From contig JAMLID010000002.1 of the NCBI GenBank assembly GCA_023954355.1, positions 1,130-65,129 on the forward strand: 64,000 nucleotides of DNA, read 5' to 3'. The DNA is from Oligoflexia bacterium (GTDB lineage Bacteria; Bdellovibrionota; UBA1018; CAIPTA01). The notes below the pieces were generated by a model. It did not search any database. It worked only from the letters and a program-made list of their open reading frames with translations, and had not been told where the DNA came from. Shown piece by piece: positions 20,069 to 29,587 of this stretch (its first letter is position 1; each line of letters begins with the position of its first letter). The position numbers and the translations under genes were made by a program.

Positions 20069-21292
20069 ATGAAAGTTTTGCTATTTGGTTTTGTGTGCTT
20101 TTTTTGTTCGGCAATTTCTGTGGCTTATGCAGCAAAGCACTCTTTTTCTAAAAGTTTACGACTGAAAGAGGCAAACTCGAGTCGACAAATTTTAGTGCCT
20201 GCGGGGCAGGGATATACTTTTGAGATTCTTCAACTAGGAGAAAAAGAAGCTGTCATTAAGATTTATGATCGCTCTGGGGCAACCCTTATGGGCGAGTATC
20301 TGGTTTCTAATTCGATTATTAATGATGCTATTCAGAAGAAAATAGAAGAGGGTTTAAAAGCCTCTACTGAGGGTGCACAAGCTGAAGATAAAGATTGCTG
20401 TAATGTGTCTGATCCTCAAGATGTAAGAGAAGAAGAAAAAGCCAAGCTTGTTGTTACTGTGCAAGAAAAGGCTCCTGTGGTTGTAAAGAAGCCAGAAGTT
20501 GTAGTGCAGGATAAAAAGATTCCTTTACCTGAGTGGAGGCCTGAATATAAGCCGCCAGAAGAGAAAGAAGAAGATCCTCCTCCCCGAGCAGAAACATATT
20601 CGGGTTCAAGAACAGGTATCTGCGGTGTCTACCAAAAGCTTTTACGTGCTGGTGTACCTCGTGAACCGCTAGCGCAGGCGTTAATGTTTTATGACCAGAA
20701 AAAAGGTAGCTCTCTTCCATCTGCTCGCTATTTAGCGATTGCCGATTTATCTCAAAGATCGTCTAAAAAACGTTTCTATTTACTGGATATTAAAGACGGT
20801 AGACTCGTGAGCCAAGAAAAAGTTAGTCATGGTGGCGGTTTAGCAAAAAAGGGAAGTCCAGGTGATCCAAATCATGATGGAATGATTGATCGTTGTGGTG
20901 AATCTCATAAAGGTCCTGATGGAATGACGAGAGCCGGTTTTTTTAAAGTTCTAGATTTTTATATGTCATCAAGCGGTCGCTATAATGGTTGGCCTCTAGT
21001 GGTTAAGAAACCTCCAAGAAATGGAATGCGGCTCATGGGACTTTCTCCTGGAGTGAATACGAATGCGCTATCTCAAGGGGTAGTTATGCACGAAGCTAAG
21101 TATAATTCAGCTGCTGTGGGTACAAATATGGGACGAAGCCATGGGTGCCCTGCTTTTGCTCCAGGAAAAGGTGCTCCGATTATGCAAAAGCTTAGAGGGG
21201 GTAGTTTATTTTATAACTATGCGCCTAAGTGCTCTTCAGATATGGGCAAAGTTTATAAGCAAGTAGCTGGCTGGCAAAATTTTTGCCGTTAG
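20069..21292 (+). CDS. Secreted L,D-transpeptidase (YkuD)-like domain protein
   Basis: Signal peptide. C-terminal region contains SHGC (MGRSHGCPAF), the YkuD catalytic Cys motif. Confidence 0.5.
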   Translation: MKVLLFGFVCFFCSAISVAYAAKHSFSKSLRLKEANSSRQILVPAGQGYTFEILQLGEKEAVIKIYDRSGATLMGEYLVSNSIINDAIQKKIEEGLKASTEGAQAEDKDCCNVSDPQDVREEEKAKLVVTVQEKAPVVVKKPEVVVQDKKIPLPEWRPEYKPPEEKEEDPPPRAETYSGSRTGICGVYQKLLRAGVPREPLAQALMFYDQKKGSSLPSARYLAIADLSQRSSKKRFYLLDIKDGRLVSQEKVSHGGGLAKKGSPGDPNHDGMIDRCGESHKGPDGMTRAGFFKVLDFYMSSSGRYNGWPLVVKKPPRNGMRLMGLSPGVNTNALSQGVVMHEAKYNSAAVGTNMGRSHGCPAFAPGKGAPIMQKLRGGSLFYNYAPKCSSDMGKVYKQVAGWQNFCR

Positions 21293-21388
21293 CATGACCT
21301 TAAAAGATCTCAAATGACAGAACAAAACTAAGCTTGGTAGATTGCTCTAAGCTAGAGGAGAAAGAGAAGTTATCTTGTAGGATTACCT

Positions 21389-22177
21389 ATGGATTTTAAC
21401 AATCAAGATCAGATTCTAGATAGTTTGGTGTATGTCTTGGGTGAAAAGATTCTTGGAATATACCTAACAGGGTCGTTGTTAAAGTGTGGGTCGATGCCTT
21501 TAAGTGATGTCGACTTGCTTGTCATTACGAAAGATTCGATCAGTAAACTAGAGCGAAGAAATCTTATTGATAAGCTTCTTCCTCTTTCTGCTTATCCACC
21601 GATAGCCAATGGGCTTCAGCCGTTAGAGGTCACTGTAGTTGCTTATTCAGATATCTATCCTTGGCGTTATCCGGTAAAAAGAGACTTCATATATGGAGAA
21701 TGGTTGCGGTCATCGTTTGAGAAGGGAGAGTTGTCTCTGCCTTCTATGGAGCCAGATCTAACAATTGTATTGGCTGGAGCTTTAGAGTCACATAAAAAAT
21801 TGGTAGGTGGTGATCTTGAGGCTTTTGTCTCTACTATACCGATGACTGATATTCGCAGGGCCATAGGAGATAGTTTAACGACACTCATAAGCTATTTAAA
21901 TGGTGATGAACGAAATGTGATTCTTACAATGGCACGAATGGTAGTGACTTTAGAAACAGGGGCCTTCGTTTCTAAACATGAAGCAGCGGATTATGTTAAG
22001 GCTAGGCTTTCTGCTGCTGAAAGAGATCTGTTAGGTCTTGTTAGTGATGTTTATCTAGGAAGAAGAAGTGATGAGGACTGGTCTATCAAAAGTTCTTTTG
22101 CGCAATCGTTAGTCATAAGCCTTGAAAAGATGATTCGCATGGAGTTAGCCAAACACTCAAGCGCTCATAAATATTGA
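21389..22177 (+). CDS. Aminoglycoside nucleotidyltransferase, ANT(3-double-prime)/ANT(9) AadA family
   Basis: GS...DVDLLVI nucleotidyltransferase motif. The DIYPWRYP...GEW...DERNVILTMARM...YLG block matches the AadA pattern (IIPWRYP...GEW...DERNVVLTLSRIW). 262 aa. Confidence 0.8.
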   Translation: MDFNNQDQILDSLVYVLGEKILGIYLTGSLLKCGSMPLSDVDLLVITKDSISKLERRNLIDKLLPLSAYPPIANGLQPLEVTVVAYSDIYPWRYPVKRDFIYGEWLRSSFEKGELSLPSMEPDLTIVLAGALESHKKLVGGDLEAFVSTIPMTDIRRAIGDSLTTLISYLNGDERNVILTMARMVVTLETGAFVSKHEAADYVKARLSAAERDLLGLVSDVYLGRRSDEDWSIKSSFAQSLVISLEKMIRMELAKHSSAHKY

Positions 22178-22282
22178 ATGAGGCAAAACTTCTAAACGTA
22201 TATGTATTAAGGCAGCTTTTCGTTTAAAAAATCTACTTATCTTCTTGATTTTAAAAATCATTTCTGTTTTGCTTACTCCACC

Positions 22283-23113
22283 ATGGATAAGCATTATTTA
22301 GGGCAAAGATATCAGCTTTCAGAACTAGAGCATCGTTACGGAAAGAACATTCACATTTTGTCGAATCCTGTTTTGTTCTCCTATTTGGCAACTTTATGCT
22401 CCCCAGAAACAAAACAACCCTCTATCAATGCACTTATGAAAATTCTTTATGACCAGCTGATTCCTATTGTAGTGAATCAAGAGTTTGCGAAAAAACCGGG
22501 GAGAACCGTAACTCGTATGGCCAAAATTCACCCACAAGAAGGGGCTTTTACCTCTGATTTGATCGATCGAGAGCAGCAAGTGGTATGTGTGAATTTAGCA
22601 AGAGCGGGTACATATCCCTCACATATTTGCTATGAATCTTTAAACTATTTATTAAACCCTGACCAAATAAGACAAGACCATATTTTAATGAGTCGAGTTA
22701 CTGATGAGTCAAATAAAGTTTTAGGTACTGCCGCTGGGGGATACAAAATTGGCGGGCCAGTAGATAATGCGATTGTATTGTTTCCTGATCCCATGGGGGC
22801 AACGGGTAGTACAATTATTAAAGCACTCAATGAATACAAGGGAAGTTTTGGCGGTAGTTTAAAAATGGGTAAGGCGAAGAAATATATTGCGCTGCATTTG
22901 ATTGTGACTCCCGAGTATTTGAAAAATATACAAAAACACCATTCCGATTTAATAGTATACGCATTACGTTTAGATAGAGGCCTGTCTCGTCCAGATGTAT
23001 TACAGTCGGCATTAGGGGAGTTTTGGGACGAAGAAAAAGGTCTCAACCAAGAACAATATATTGTTCCTGGCGGTGGGGGATTCGGAGAAATCCTCAATAA
23101 TGCTTACGTATAA
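22283..23113 (+). CDS. Uracil phosphoribosyltransferase-family protein (N-terminally extended)
   Basis: FPDPMGATGSTI matches the UPRT PRPP-binding loop (DPMLATGGS). The ARAGTYPSH region is also UPRT-like. Confidence 0.55.
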   Translation: MDKHYLGQRYQLSELEHRYGKNIHILSNPVLFSYLATLCSPETKQPSINALMKILYDQLIPIVVNQEFAKKPGRTVTRMAKIHPQEGAFTSDLIDREQQVVCVNLARAGTYPSHICYESLNYLLNPDQIRQDHILMSRVTDESNKVLGTAAGGYKIGGPVDNAIVLFPDPMGATGSTIIKALNEYKGSFGGSLKMGKAKKYIALHLIVTPEYLKNIQKHHSDLIVYALRLDRGLSRPDVLQSALGEFWDEEKGLNQEQYIVPGGGGFGEILNNAYV

Positions 23114-23137
23114 ATAATTTCTATGTGAAGGAGAAAA

Positions 23138-23680
23138 ATGGGAATTGAGAGACCAGATAATCCTCGTTGCTTAATACCTGAAGAGCGATTACGTACTCGC
23201 GTGAAAGAGCTCGCAAAAGAAATAGAAGAAGCCTATTCAGGTAAAGAGCCTTTGGTTTTCATTTGTGTCTTAAAGGGCTCTTTTGTTTTTTTCTCTGACT
23301 TGATTCGACAAATTGAGCTTCCCTTAATTTGCGATTTTTTATCGATCACTTCTTATGAGTTTCGTCCTCATAGCTCAGGAGAAGTAAAAATCACCTTAGA
23401 TTTATCAAGATCGATAGCGGGTAAGCATGTGGTAATCGTAGAAGATGTCATCGACTCGGGAGAATCGATTCAGTTTTTATTGCAGACCATTGCTGCAAGA
23501 AAGCCTGCGAGTTTAAAAGTTTGTTCGTTATTTTTAAAGCCACATACTTTAAGAAGTCCATTCGAGATCGATTTCGTTGGATTTCAAATTGGTGATGAAT
23601 ACGTAGTTGGTTATGGCATAGATCATCAAGAGCGGTATAGAGGGCTATCATATATTGGGGTAGTTGAAAGACCCTTATAA
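23138..23680 (+). CDS. hpt: Hypoxanthine-guanine phosphoribosyltransferase
   Basis: VVIVEDVIDSGESI PRPP-binding motif. 180 aa. Confidence 0.8.
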   Translation: MGIERPDNPRCLIPEERLRTRVKELAKEIEEAYSGKEPLVFICVLKGSFVFFSDLIRQIELPLICDFLSITSYEFRPHSSGEVKITLDLSRSIAGKHVVIVEDVIDSGESIQFLLQTIAARKPASLKVCSLFLKPHTLRSPFEIDFVGFQIGDEYVVGYGIDHQERYRGLSYIGVVERPL

Positions 23681-23696
23681 AAATTGAGGAGAATTT

Positions 23697-24707
23697 ATGA
23701 TCGTTACAGCAAGTGCGCCTACAAGAATCGATTTAGCCGGTGGCACAACAGACATTTGGCCAATGTATTTATTTTACCCAAATGCAAGAACGGTAAATCT
23801 TGCTATTGATTTGCGTGCTAAGGCCGTGATTGAGCAAGTAGGGGGAAACGCGATAGAAATTAAATCTGAAGATCAAGGTGTTTCGCATCGCCTGCCGTCT
23901 ATTGACTTTGTTGATGAGATAGAAAATGGACATCCTCTGGAGCTTGTTCTTCGTTTATTAGCTTTTTTTAAACCAGAAGGCGGACTAACAATCCAAACAA
24001 GCTGTGCTAGCCCAGCTGGTGCTGGACTTGGCGGTTCATCGGCTTTAACTGTAGCACTCAGTGGTGCACTTAATGCGATTACCGGTGGAAAATTTTCTCG
24101 CGAAGAGCTTTTAACTGTAGCAAAAAACGTAGAAACTCAGGTTTTAAAAATTCCAGCTGGTGTTCAAGATTATTATCCGGCCATGTACGGTGGACTAAAT
24201 ACTGTTTTATTAGAACCAATTGGTGAGAGCTTGCTAAGGCACTCTCATATTTTAGCTCATCAAATCGAATCACGAATGATCTTAGTATATAGCGGTCAGA
24301 GTAGAAACTCTGGGATCAATAACTGGTCTGTAATGAGACGTTTTTTTGATGGGGACGAAAAAGTTCGCGCAGCTATGAGTGGCATCCAAGAGGCAACAAA
24401 AAACTTAGAGCTTGCTCTAAAAACGAATCGCTACGAAGAAGCAACAAATGCCATTAATCGCGAAATGGAAAATCGAGAAAGACTTTCTGAAAGTATTTTG
24501 ACGGATGAAATTAAAAATCTATTCACCTTCGCTAGAGAGAGAGGGGCAAAAGCGGCAAAAATTTGTGGAGCTGGCGGAGGTGGCTGTGCCATGCTTTGGA
24601 CGAATCCTTCAGATAAGCACACTTTAATTAAAGCATTAAGAGAAAAAGAATTTAAGGTCTTAGATTTTCATGTTGATTCTGATGGCCTAAGCGTTACCAC
24701 ACGATAG
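23697..24707 (+). CDS. GHMP-family sugar or small-molecule kinase
   Basis: PAGAGLGGSSALTVAL ATP-binding motif. C-terminal CGAGGGG. Confidence 0.65.
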   Translation: MIVTASAPTRIDLAGGTTDIWPMYLFYPNARTVNLAIDLRAKAVIEQVGGNAIEIKSEDQGVSHRLPSIDFVDEIENGHPLELVLRLLAFFKPEGGLTIQTSCASPAGAGLGGSSALTVALSGALNAITGGKFSREELLTVAKNVETQVLKIPAGVQDYYPAMYGGLNTVLLEPIGESLLRHSHILAHQIESRMILVYSGQSRNSGINNWSVMRRFFDGDEKVRAAMSGIQEATKNLELALKTNRYEEATNAINREMENRERLSESILTDEIKNLFTFARERGAKAAKICGAGGGGCAMLWTNPSDKHTLIKALREKEFKVLDFHVDSDGLSVTTR

Positions 24708-24715
24708 GTTTTCTA

Positions 24716-25558
24716 TTGGAAGCTCGAGCCTTATATTTTGCAGGATTAGAGTTAGGTAGTGAAAGAAGAACTCAAATCGTATGTTTAAAGTATTTCTCAC
24801 AAGAAAATAAAATTTTTCTCGACTCTTTTCATGATGGGAAAGAGATTTTCTTAAAAGAGATAGAACCAGACCTTGGCTTAATTCAATTTTTTAATGAGCA
24901 TAAAATACAATCACTAGGTGTAGACGCACCTTTAAGCTTGCCTCCATGTATTGAGTGTAAGCTTATTTGCCCGGGTATCGGAAACTGTAAAGTTTCATCT
25001 GTACAATGGATGCAGCGAGAGTATGAGAGCTATAATCAAGGCAAAAAAAATAAAACACCTATCCCCTATGGTCAGCGTCCTGTGGATTTATTGCTAAAAA
25101 GTCGATGGAAAAATTCTTATGTAGACCAAGAGTCTGGCCTTAGTGCGAATCGTGCACCACTAGCCGCTAGAATGACATATTTAAAAAAGCATATTGCGGT
25201 TCAAAAATTAATAGAAGTAAACCCAAGACTTTCGGTAGTTGACCTTGCTCATAATTTTCGTATTTCAGATAGAGAAATTCGCCGCTATCGTAGTCTTGAG
25301 TTTGGAATCGAAAGCCGTGCTCGTATATTAGAAGAGCTAACAAAACAAAGCTCTTGGGCTCCACACTTGTTTTTATATAATTCTGAGTTGAGCAAAATTA
25401 TCGAAAATATTTCGATATTTGATGCCTTAATATGTGCACTGATGGCTGTATATGATCACGCCAATTTATTAGAAGAAATGCCTTTTTCTTCTGACTGGGG
25501 AAGCGTAGCTAAAGTTAAACCAGTAAAAAAAACTATGAGAATAGAGGAGTTCTATTGA
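24716..25558 (+). CDS. Hypothetical protein (possibly DUF429, RNase H-like fold)
   Basis: TTG start. N-terminal YFAGLELGS resembles an RNase H-like first strand. Weak. Confidence 0.3.
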   Translation: MEARALYFAGLELGSERRTQIVCLKYFSQENKIFLDSFHDGKEIFLKEIEPDLGLIQFFNEHKIQSLGVDAPLSLPPCIECKLICPGIGNCKVSSVQWMQREYESYNQGKKNKTPIPYGQRPVDLLLKSRWKNSYVDQESGLSANRAPLAARMTYLKKHIAVQKLIEVNPRLSVVDLAHNFRISDREIRRYRSLEFGIESRARILEELTKQSSWAPHLFLYNSELSKIIENISIFDALICALMAVYDHANLLEEMPFSSDWGSVAKVKPVKKTMRIEEFY

Positions 25559-27180
25559 GATCCTTATTTATTTGTTTCTTTTTTTTAGTGGCTTGTACAG
25601 GGCAAGAGCAGCCATTGCGATTTAATCTGGGTGTCGATGTTTTAGAGCTCGATTGGAATCGTGCTATCGACTCTAACTCTGTTACGGTTTTAGATAATAT
25701 CATGGAAGGCTTAAGTTCGTATGCAGACTCTGTGCAGGGAGCGCGAGCCGAACATTATCGTCCAAGGCCAGCACTAGCGGAATCATGGACAATAGATGAA
25801 GAGGGTACTCGTTATTTATTTAAAATTAGAAAAAAAGTGTATTGGACAGATGGAGAAGAGCTGATAGCTCAGCATTTTGTAGATTCTTGGCAAAGACTTT
25901 TGTCTCCTAAAGCATCTATGCCCAATGCATATCATTTTTTCGGCATTGTGGGTGCAAGAGACTATGCTGAAGGAAAAATCACAGACTTTACGAAAGTTGG
26001 AATTAAAGCACTTAATGATCACGAATTAGAGGTTCGCTTACTTTATAAAATTCCCTATTTTCTACAGTTAACTGCGGCTCCTAGTAGTTTTCCCATTCGT
26101 AACGATTTAATTCTTCGCAATGGTAGTAACTGGAGCAATCCACAGTCCATTGTCACTCTTGGTGCCTATAAAATATCAGATTGGCTTCAGGGTGAAAAAC
26201 TTGTCTTAAAGGCCAACGAATCGTATTACGATGAAGCGCCAAAAATTAGAGAAGTTATCTGTTCATTTGTCTATGAACCGCTAACTGCCTATGCATTATA
26301 TGAAAACGATGAAATTGATATTTTGCCTAAAGATTTACCGTCTTCTTATGCACAGAGAATTTTGACTCATCCTGATTATCGATCTGGCCCAAGATTGGCG
26401 GTAAATTTTTTAATTTTAAATACAAAAAAACCTCCTTTTGATTCTGCAAATAATCGCAGAGCTTTTATCGAGGCTTTAGATAGAAATTCGTTAGTTCAAC
26501 CATTTCAGATTACAAGAGTGGCTTTTTCTGGTTGGATTCCGCCGGGAATGCTCGGCTACGACCCTAACGCGGGAGTTAAAAGTATTTCTCAAAAAAGCGA
26601 TCGAATGAAAAATAAGTCAATCCAAGCGTTTTACAGTTCTGCAGATTCGTGGAGTTTATTTTTTAGAGATCTAAAAGATAGTGTAGAAGAGAATCTAGGC
26701 CTTAAGGTAAATTTGAATGCCGCGGATCAAAAAGAGTATAGCCGATTTTTGGCAGGTCTTGGTCGAATGCGTTTTGGTAAAAAAAATAATTTACCTGAGC
26801 TATTTCATCTAGGGTGGGTTGCAGATTATCCCGACCCTCAGTCTTTTATGAATATATTTACCACCGACTCTGAGAGTAATTTTACTGGCTGGTCTAGTGC
26901 GAAGTATGATGACTTAGTCAACCAAGCGGTGAGAGAAGATAATGAAGAGAAGAGAGCTGAGCTATACCAAGCTGCGCAAAAAGTACTTTTAGAAGAACAA
27001 GTAGTCGTAATGCCTTTATTTTATTCGAATCATCAGGTTATGGTTAAGCCTAGAGTGTTGGGGGTTCATCTAAATGCCTTGGATAAGTGGTATTTTAAAA
27101 AATTATACTTTGATTCAAATGCCTGGAAGCAATTTAGTCGATCGATTTTATTACGAATGAGCCCAAAGAGGAGTACGTAA
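25555..27180 (+). CDS. ABC transporter substrate-binding protein, peptide/nickel (OppA/DppA) family, lipoprotein
   Basis: Lipobox LVACTG. 541 aa SBP family 5-like. Confidence 0.7.
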   Translation: MRSLFICFFFLVACTGQEQPLRFNLGVDVLELDWNRAIDSNSVTVLDNIMEGLSSYADSVQGARAEHYRPRPALAESWTIDEEGTRYLFKIRKKVYWTDGEELIAQHFVDSWQRLLSPKASMPNAYHFFGIVGARDYAEGKITDFTKVGIKALNDHELEVRLLYKIPYFLQLTAAPSSFPIRNDLILRNGSNWSNPQSIVTLGAYKISDWLQGEKLVLKANESYYDEAPKIREVICSFVYEPLTAYALYENDEIDILPKDLPSSYAQRILTHPDYRSGPRLAVNFLILNTKKPPFDSANNRRAFIEALDRNSLVQPFQITRVAFSGWIPPGMLGYDPNAGVKSISQKSDRMKNKSIQAFYSSADSWSLFFRDLKDSVEENLGLKVNLNAADQKEYSRFLAGLGRMRFGKKNNLPELFHLGWVADYPDPQSFMNIFTTDSESNFTGWSSAKYDDLVNQAVREDNEEKRAELYQAAQKVLLEEQVVVMPLFYSNHQVMVKPRVLGVHLNALDKWYFKKLYFDSNAWKQFSRSILLRMSPKRST

Positions 27181-27183
27181 AGG

Positions 27184-28101
27184 ATGTTGGTTTTTTTTGT
27201 TCGTAAATGTTTTACCATTATCGCCACTCTTTTTGTTTTAGCGACGATTACTTTTTTTCTACTAAGAGTTGTTCCTGGTGGCCCCTTTGATTCAGACAAA
27301 GCGCTGCCTCCCGATATTAAAGCAAACGTAGAGGCAAAATTCGGATTAAATAAACCACTTTGGGAGCAATACGGTTCGTATCTTTGGGGAATCAGCAGGT
27401 TTGATTTTGGTCCAAGTTTTAAATATATGGGGAGAAATGTTACAGAAATTATTTTAGATACTCTCCCAACTAGTATGGAACTTGGGGTCTATTCTTTGTT
27501 TTTAGCCGTTATCTTAGGGATTCCCATAGGTGTTCTTTCTGCGTATAAACAAAATACTTGGGTTGATTTTTCTTCTATGTTTTTGGCGGTGGCGGGAATA
27601 AGTTTGCCTAGCTATTTCGTAGGTGCGATATTGATTTACTTTTTTGCTCTTCACTGGAATCTATTGCCACCAGCTCTTTGGGAAGAGTGGGTTCACAAAA
27701 TTTTACCGACGATCACCTTAGGCACTCGTCCGGCATCATTGATTGCAAGGCTTACAAGAGCTGCGCTTTTAGAAAGTATTCGTTCAGACTATGTCAGAAC
27801 AGCAAGAGCCAAGGGTGTTTCAGAATTCAAGGTTGTGGTTAAGCACGCACTTAGAAACTCACTTATACCGGTGGTAACTTTATTAGGACCGTTAGCGGCC
27901 TTTATTTTAACTGGTACCTTCGTAATTGAATATATCTTCGCTATTCCAGGCATGGGTAAATATTTTATCGATGCGGTAACGAATCGTGATTATCCACTAG
28001 TTATGGGTGTAACTATGATTTTTGGTTTCATGCTGGTAACGGCTAATCTTTTAGTAGACATTGCCTACGCAATTATTGATCCAAGAGTACGGATTCGCTA
28101 G
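27184..28101 (+). CDS. ABC transporter permease (OppB/DppB-like)
   Basis: IDPRVR C-terminus and 6 TM helices, typical of OppB. Confidence 0.8.
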   Translation: MLVFFVRKCFTIIATLFVLATITFFLLRVVPGGPFDSDKALPPDIKANVEAKFGLNKPLWEQYGSYLWGISRFDFGPSFKYMGRNVTEIILDTLPTSMELGVYSLFLAVILGIPIGVLSAYKQNTWVDFSSMFLAVAGISLPSYFVGAILIYFFALHWNLLPPALWEEWVHKILPTITLGTRPASLIARLTRAALLESIRSDYVRTARAKGVSEFKVVVKHALRNSLIPVVTLLGPLAAFILTGTFVIEYIFAIPGMGKYFIDAVTNRDYPLVMGVTMIFGFMLVTANLLVDIAYAIIDPRVRIR

Positions 28102-28106
28102 GGAGA

Positions 28107-28952
28107 TTGAGAATGTTTTTAGAAAGCTGGAAAAGAATAAAAAAACATAAACCATCACTAGTGAGCTTTGCTATTTTGCTTATTTTTACTCTAATGGCAG
28201 TTGCAGCCCCTTTGATTGCGCAATTTTCTTATTTTGAACAAAATGCTGAACATGCACTTCAATTTCCAAATCAAACATATTGGTTCGGTACTGACTCATT
28301 GGGAAGAGATCTTTTTTCGCGAATATTGTATGGTGCAAGAATAAGTTTATCTGTCGGATTTTTTACGGCGGTATTTTCTCTATTTATCGGCATCATTTAT
28401 GGCTCTATTGCTGGCTATGTCGGTGGGCGTGTAGATTCATTTTTAATGAGAGTGGCCGATATTTTAAATGCCCTACCGTCTCTTTTAGTTACTGTATTGC
28501 TTATGTTGGTTGTAGGTAGAGGGCCTTTAGGTATTTTTCTTGCGCTTGGTTTTGTAGGTTGGGTTGGAGAGGCAAGACTTGTTCGTGGCCAAGTACTGCA
28601 AATGAAAGAAATGCTATTTGTTGAGGCCGCAAGGTCTTTGGGCTTAAAGCCATTTAGAATTTTATTTCAGCACATATTGCCCAATATTTTAGGGCCAGTG
28701 ATAGTGAGTTTAACTTTTGGTATCCCTCAAAATATTATGGCAGAAAGTTTTTTAAGTTTTGTCGGTTTAGGATTAGAGCCGCCCTATGCCAGCTGGGGTA
28801 CTTTAGCTAACGAAGGGTGGAGGGCATATCGCACTTATCCCTATTTGATTTTTTTTCCAGGCATTGTACTTTTTATTACGATTTTAGCATTTAACTTTTT
28901 AGGCGATGGATTAAGAGATGCGCTAGATCCGCAATCATCTAAGCGCGTTTGA
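28107..28952 (+). CDS. ABC transporter permease (OppC/DppC-like)
   Basis: EAARSLG EAA-loop motif. 6 TM helices. Confidence 0.8.
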   Translation: MRMFLESWKRIKKHKPSLVSFAILLIFTLMAVAAPLIAQFSYFEQNAEHALQFPNQTYWFGTDSLGRDLFSRILYGARISLSVGFFTAVFSLFIGIIYGSIAGYVGGRVDSFLMRVADILNALPSLLVTVLLMLVVGRGPLGIFLALGFVGWVGEARLVRGQVLQMKEMLFVEAARSLGLKPFRILFQHILPNILGPVIVSLTFGIPQNIMAESFLSFVGLGLEPPYASWGTLANEGWRAYRTYPYLIFFPGIVLFITILAFNFLGDGLRDALDPQSSKRV

Positions 28953-29503
28953 ATATAGGTGAGGTCATGAAAAAATTAATTTTAATTATTGTTTGCTTAA
29001 CTTTCTTTTCCTGTACAAAAAAGGAAGAACAAAAAGTTACTGAGCTCGTGAGTGTGTCTTGCTTTGACTTAATAAATGGAGGCTATAAAGCCAATCAAGA
29101 GTTCAACGCAAAACTAAAAATGATAAAAGAGGGTTTAGCACAAACCGATGAAAAACCTGATTCGCAAGCAAGTAAGGCTGAAGAGATAGAAGTATATCTT
29201 TTTTCAGATAAAGAGATCGACAAGAAAATACGTGAAGAGTTTAGTAGGGTTCAAGATAAATTAGAGGGTTTCGAAAAAATGGAGCTTATTCTAAGTGAAG
29301 CCAAAAACTCGGTGGCAAGTAGATGTAGATCGGTTTTTTCTGAAGTGGCTACAAACTGTAAGGCTGACCCAGTTGATTCCGTTGAGTTTCAAAATTGTGT
29401 TAAAAAAGAGCTAGATCAGACGAAAAAAGATACCATTGGTATTCTTATGGGAGAAATTGCTGGATACAAAGATTTTGAGAAAAAACTAGAAGATTTAAAG
29501 TAG
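28949..29503 (+). CDS. Hypothetical lipoprotein (FFSC lipobox)
   Basis: Signal peptide plus Cys. Overlaps the upstream permease stop. Confidence 0.45.
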   Translation: MNIGEVMKKLILIIVCLTFFSCTKKEEQKVTELVSVSCFDLINGGYKANQEFNAKLKMIKEGLAQTDEKPDSQASKAEEIEVYLFSDKEIDKKIREEFSRVQDKLEGFEKMELILSEAKNSVASRCRSVFSEVATNCKADPVDSVEFQNCVKKELDQTKKDTIGILMGEIAGYKDFEKKLEDLK

Positions 29504-29587
29504 ATAATATGTGAAGAAGAGAAAAATGCCGCATAGGTCAATCTGTCTCTAGAGTTTTTTTAAAACTATCGTTAAAAATAAAGAAGA

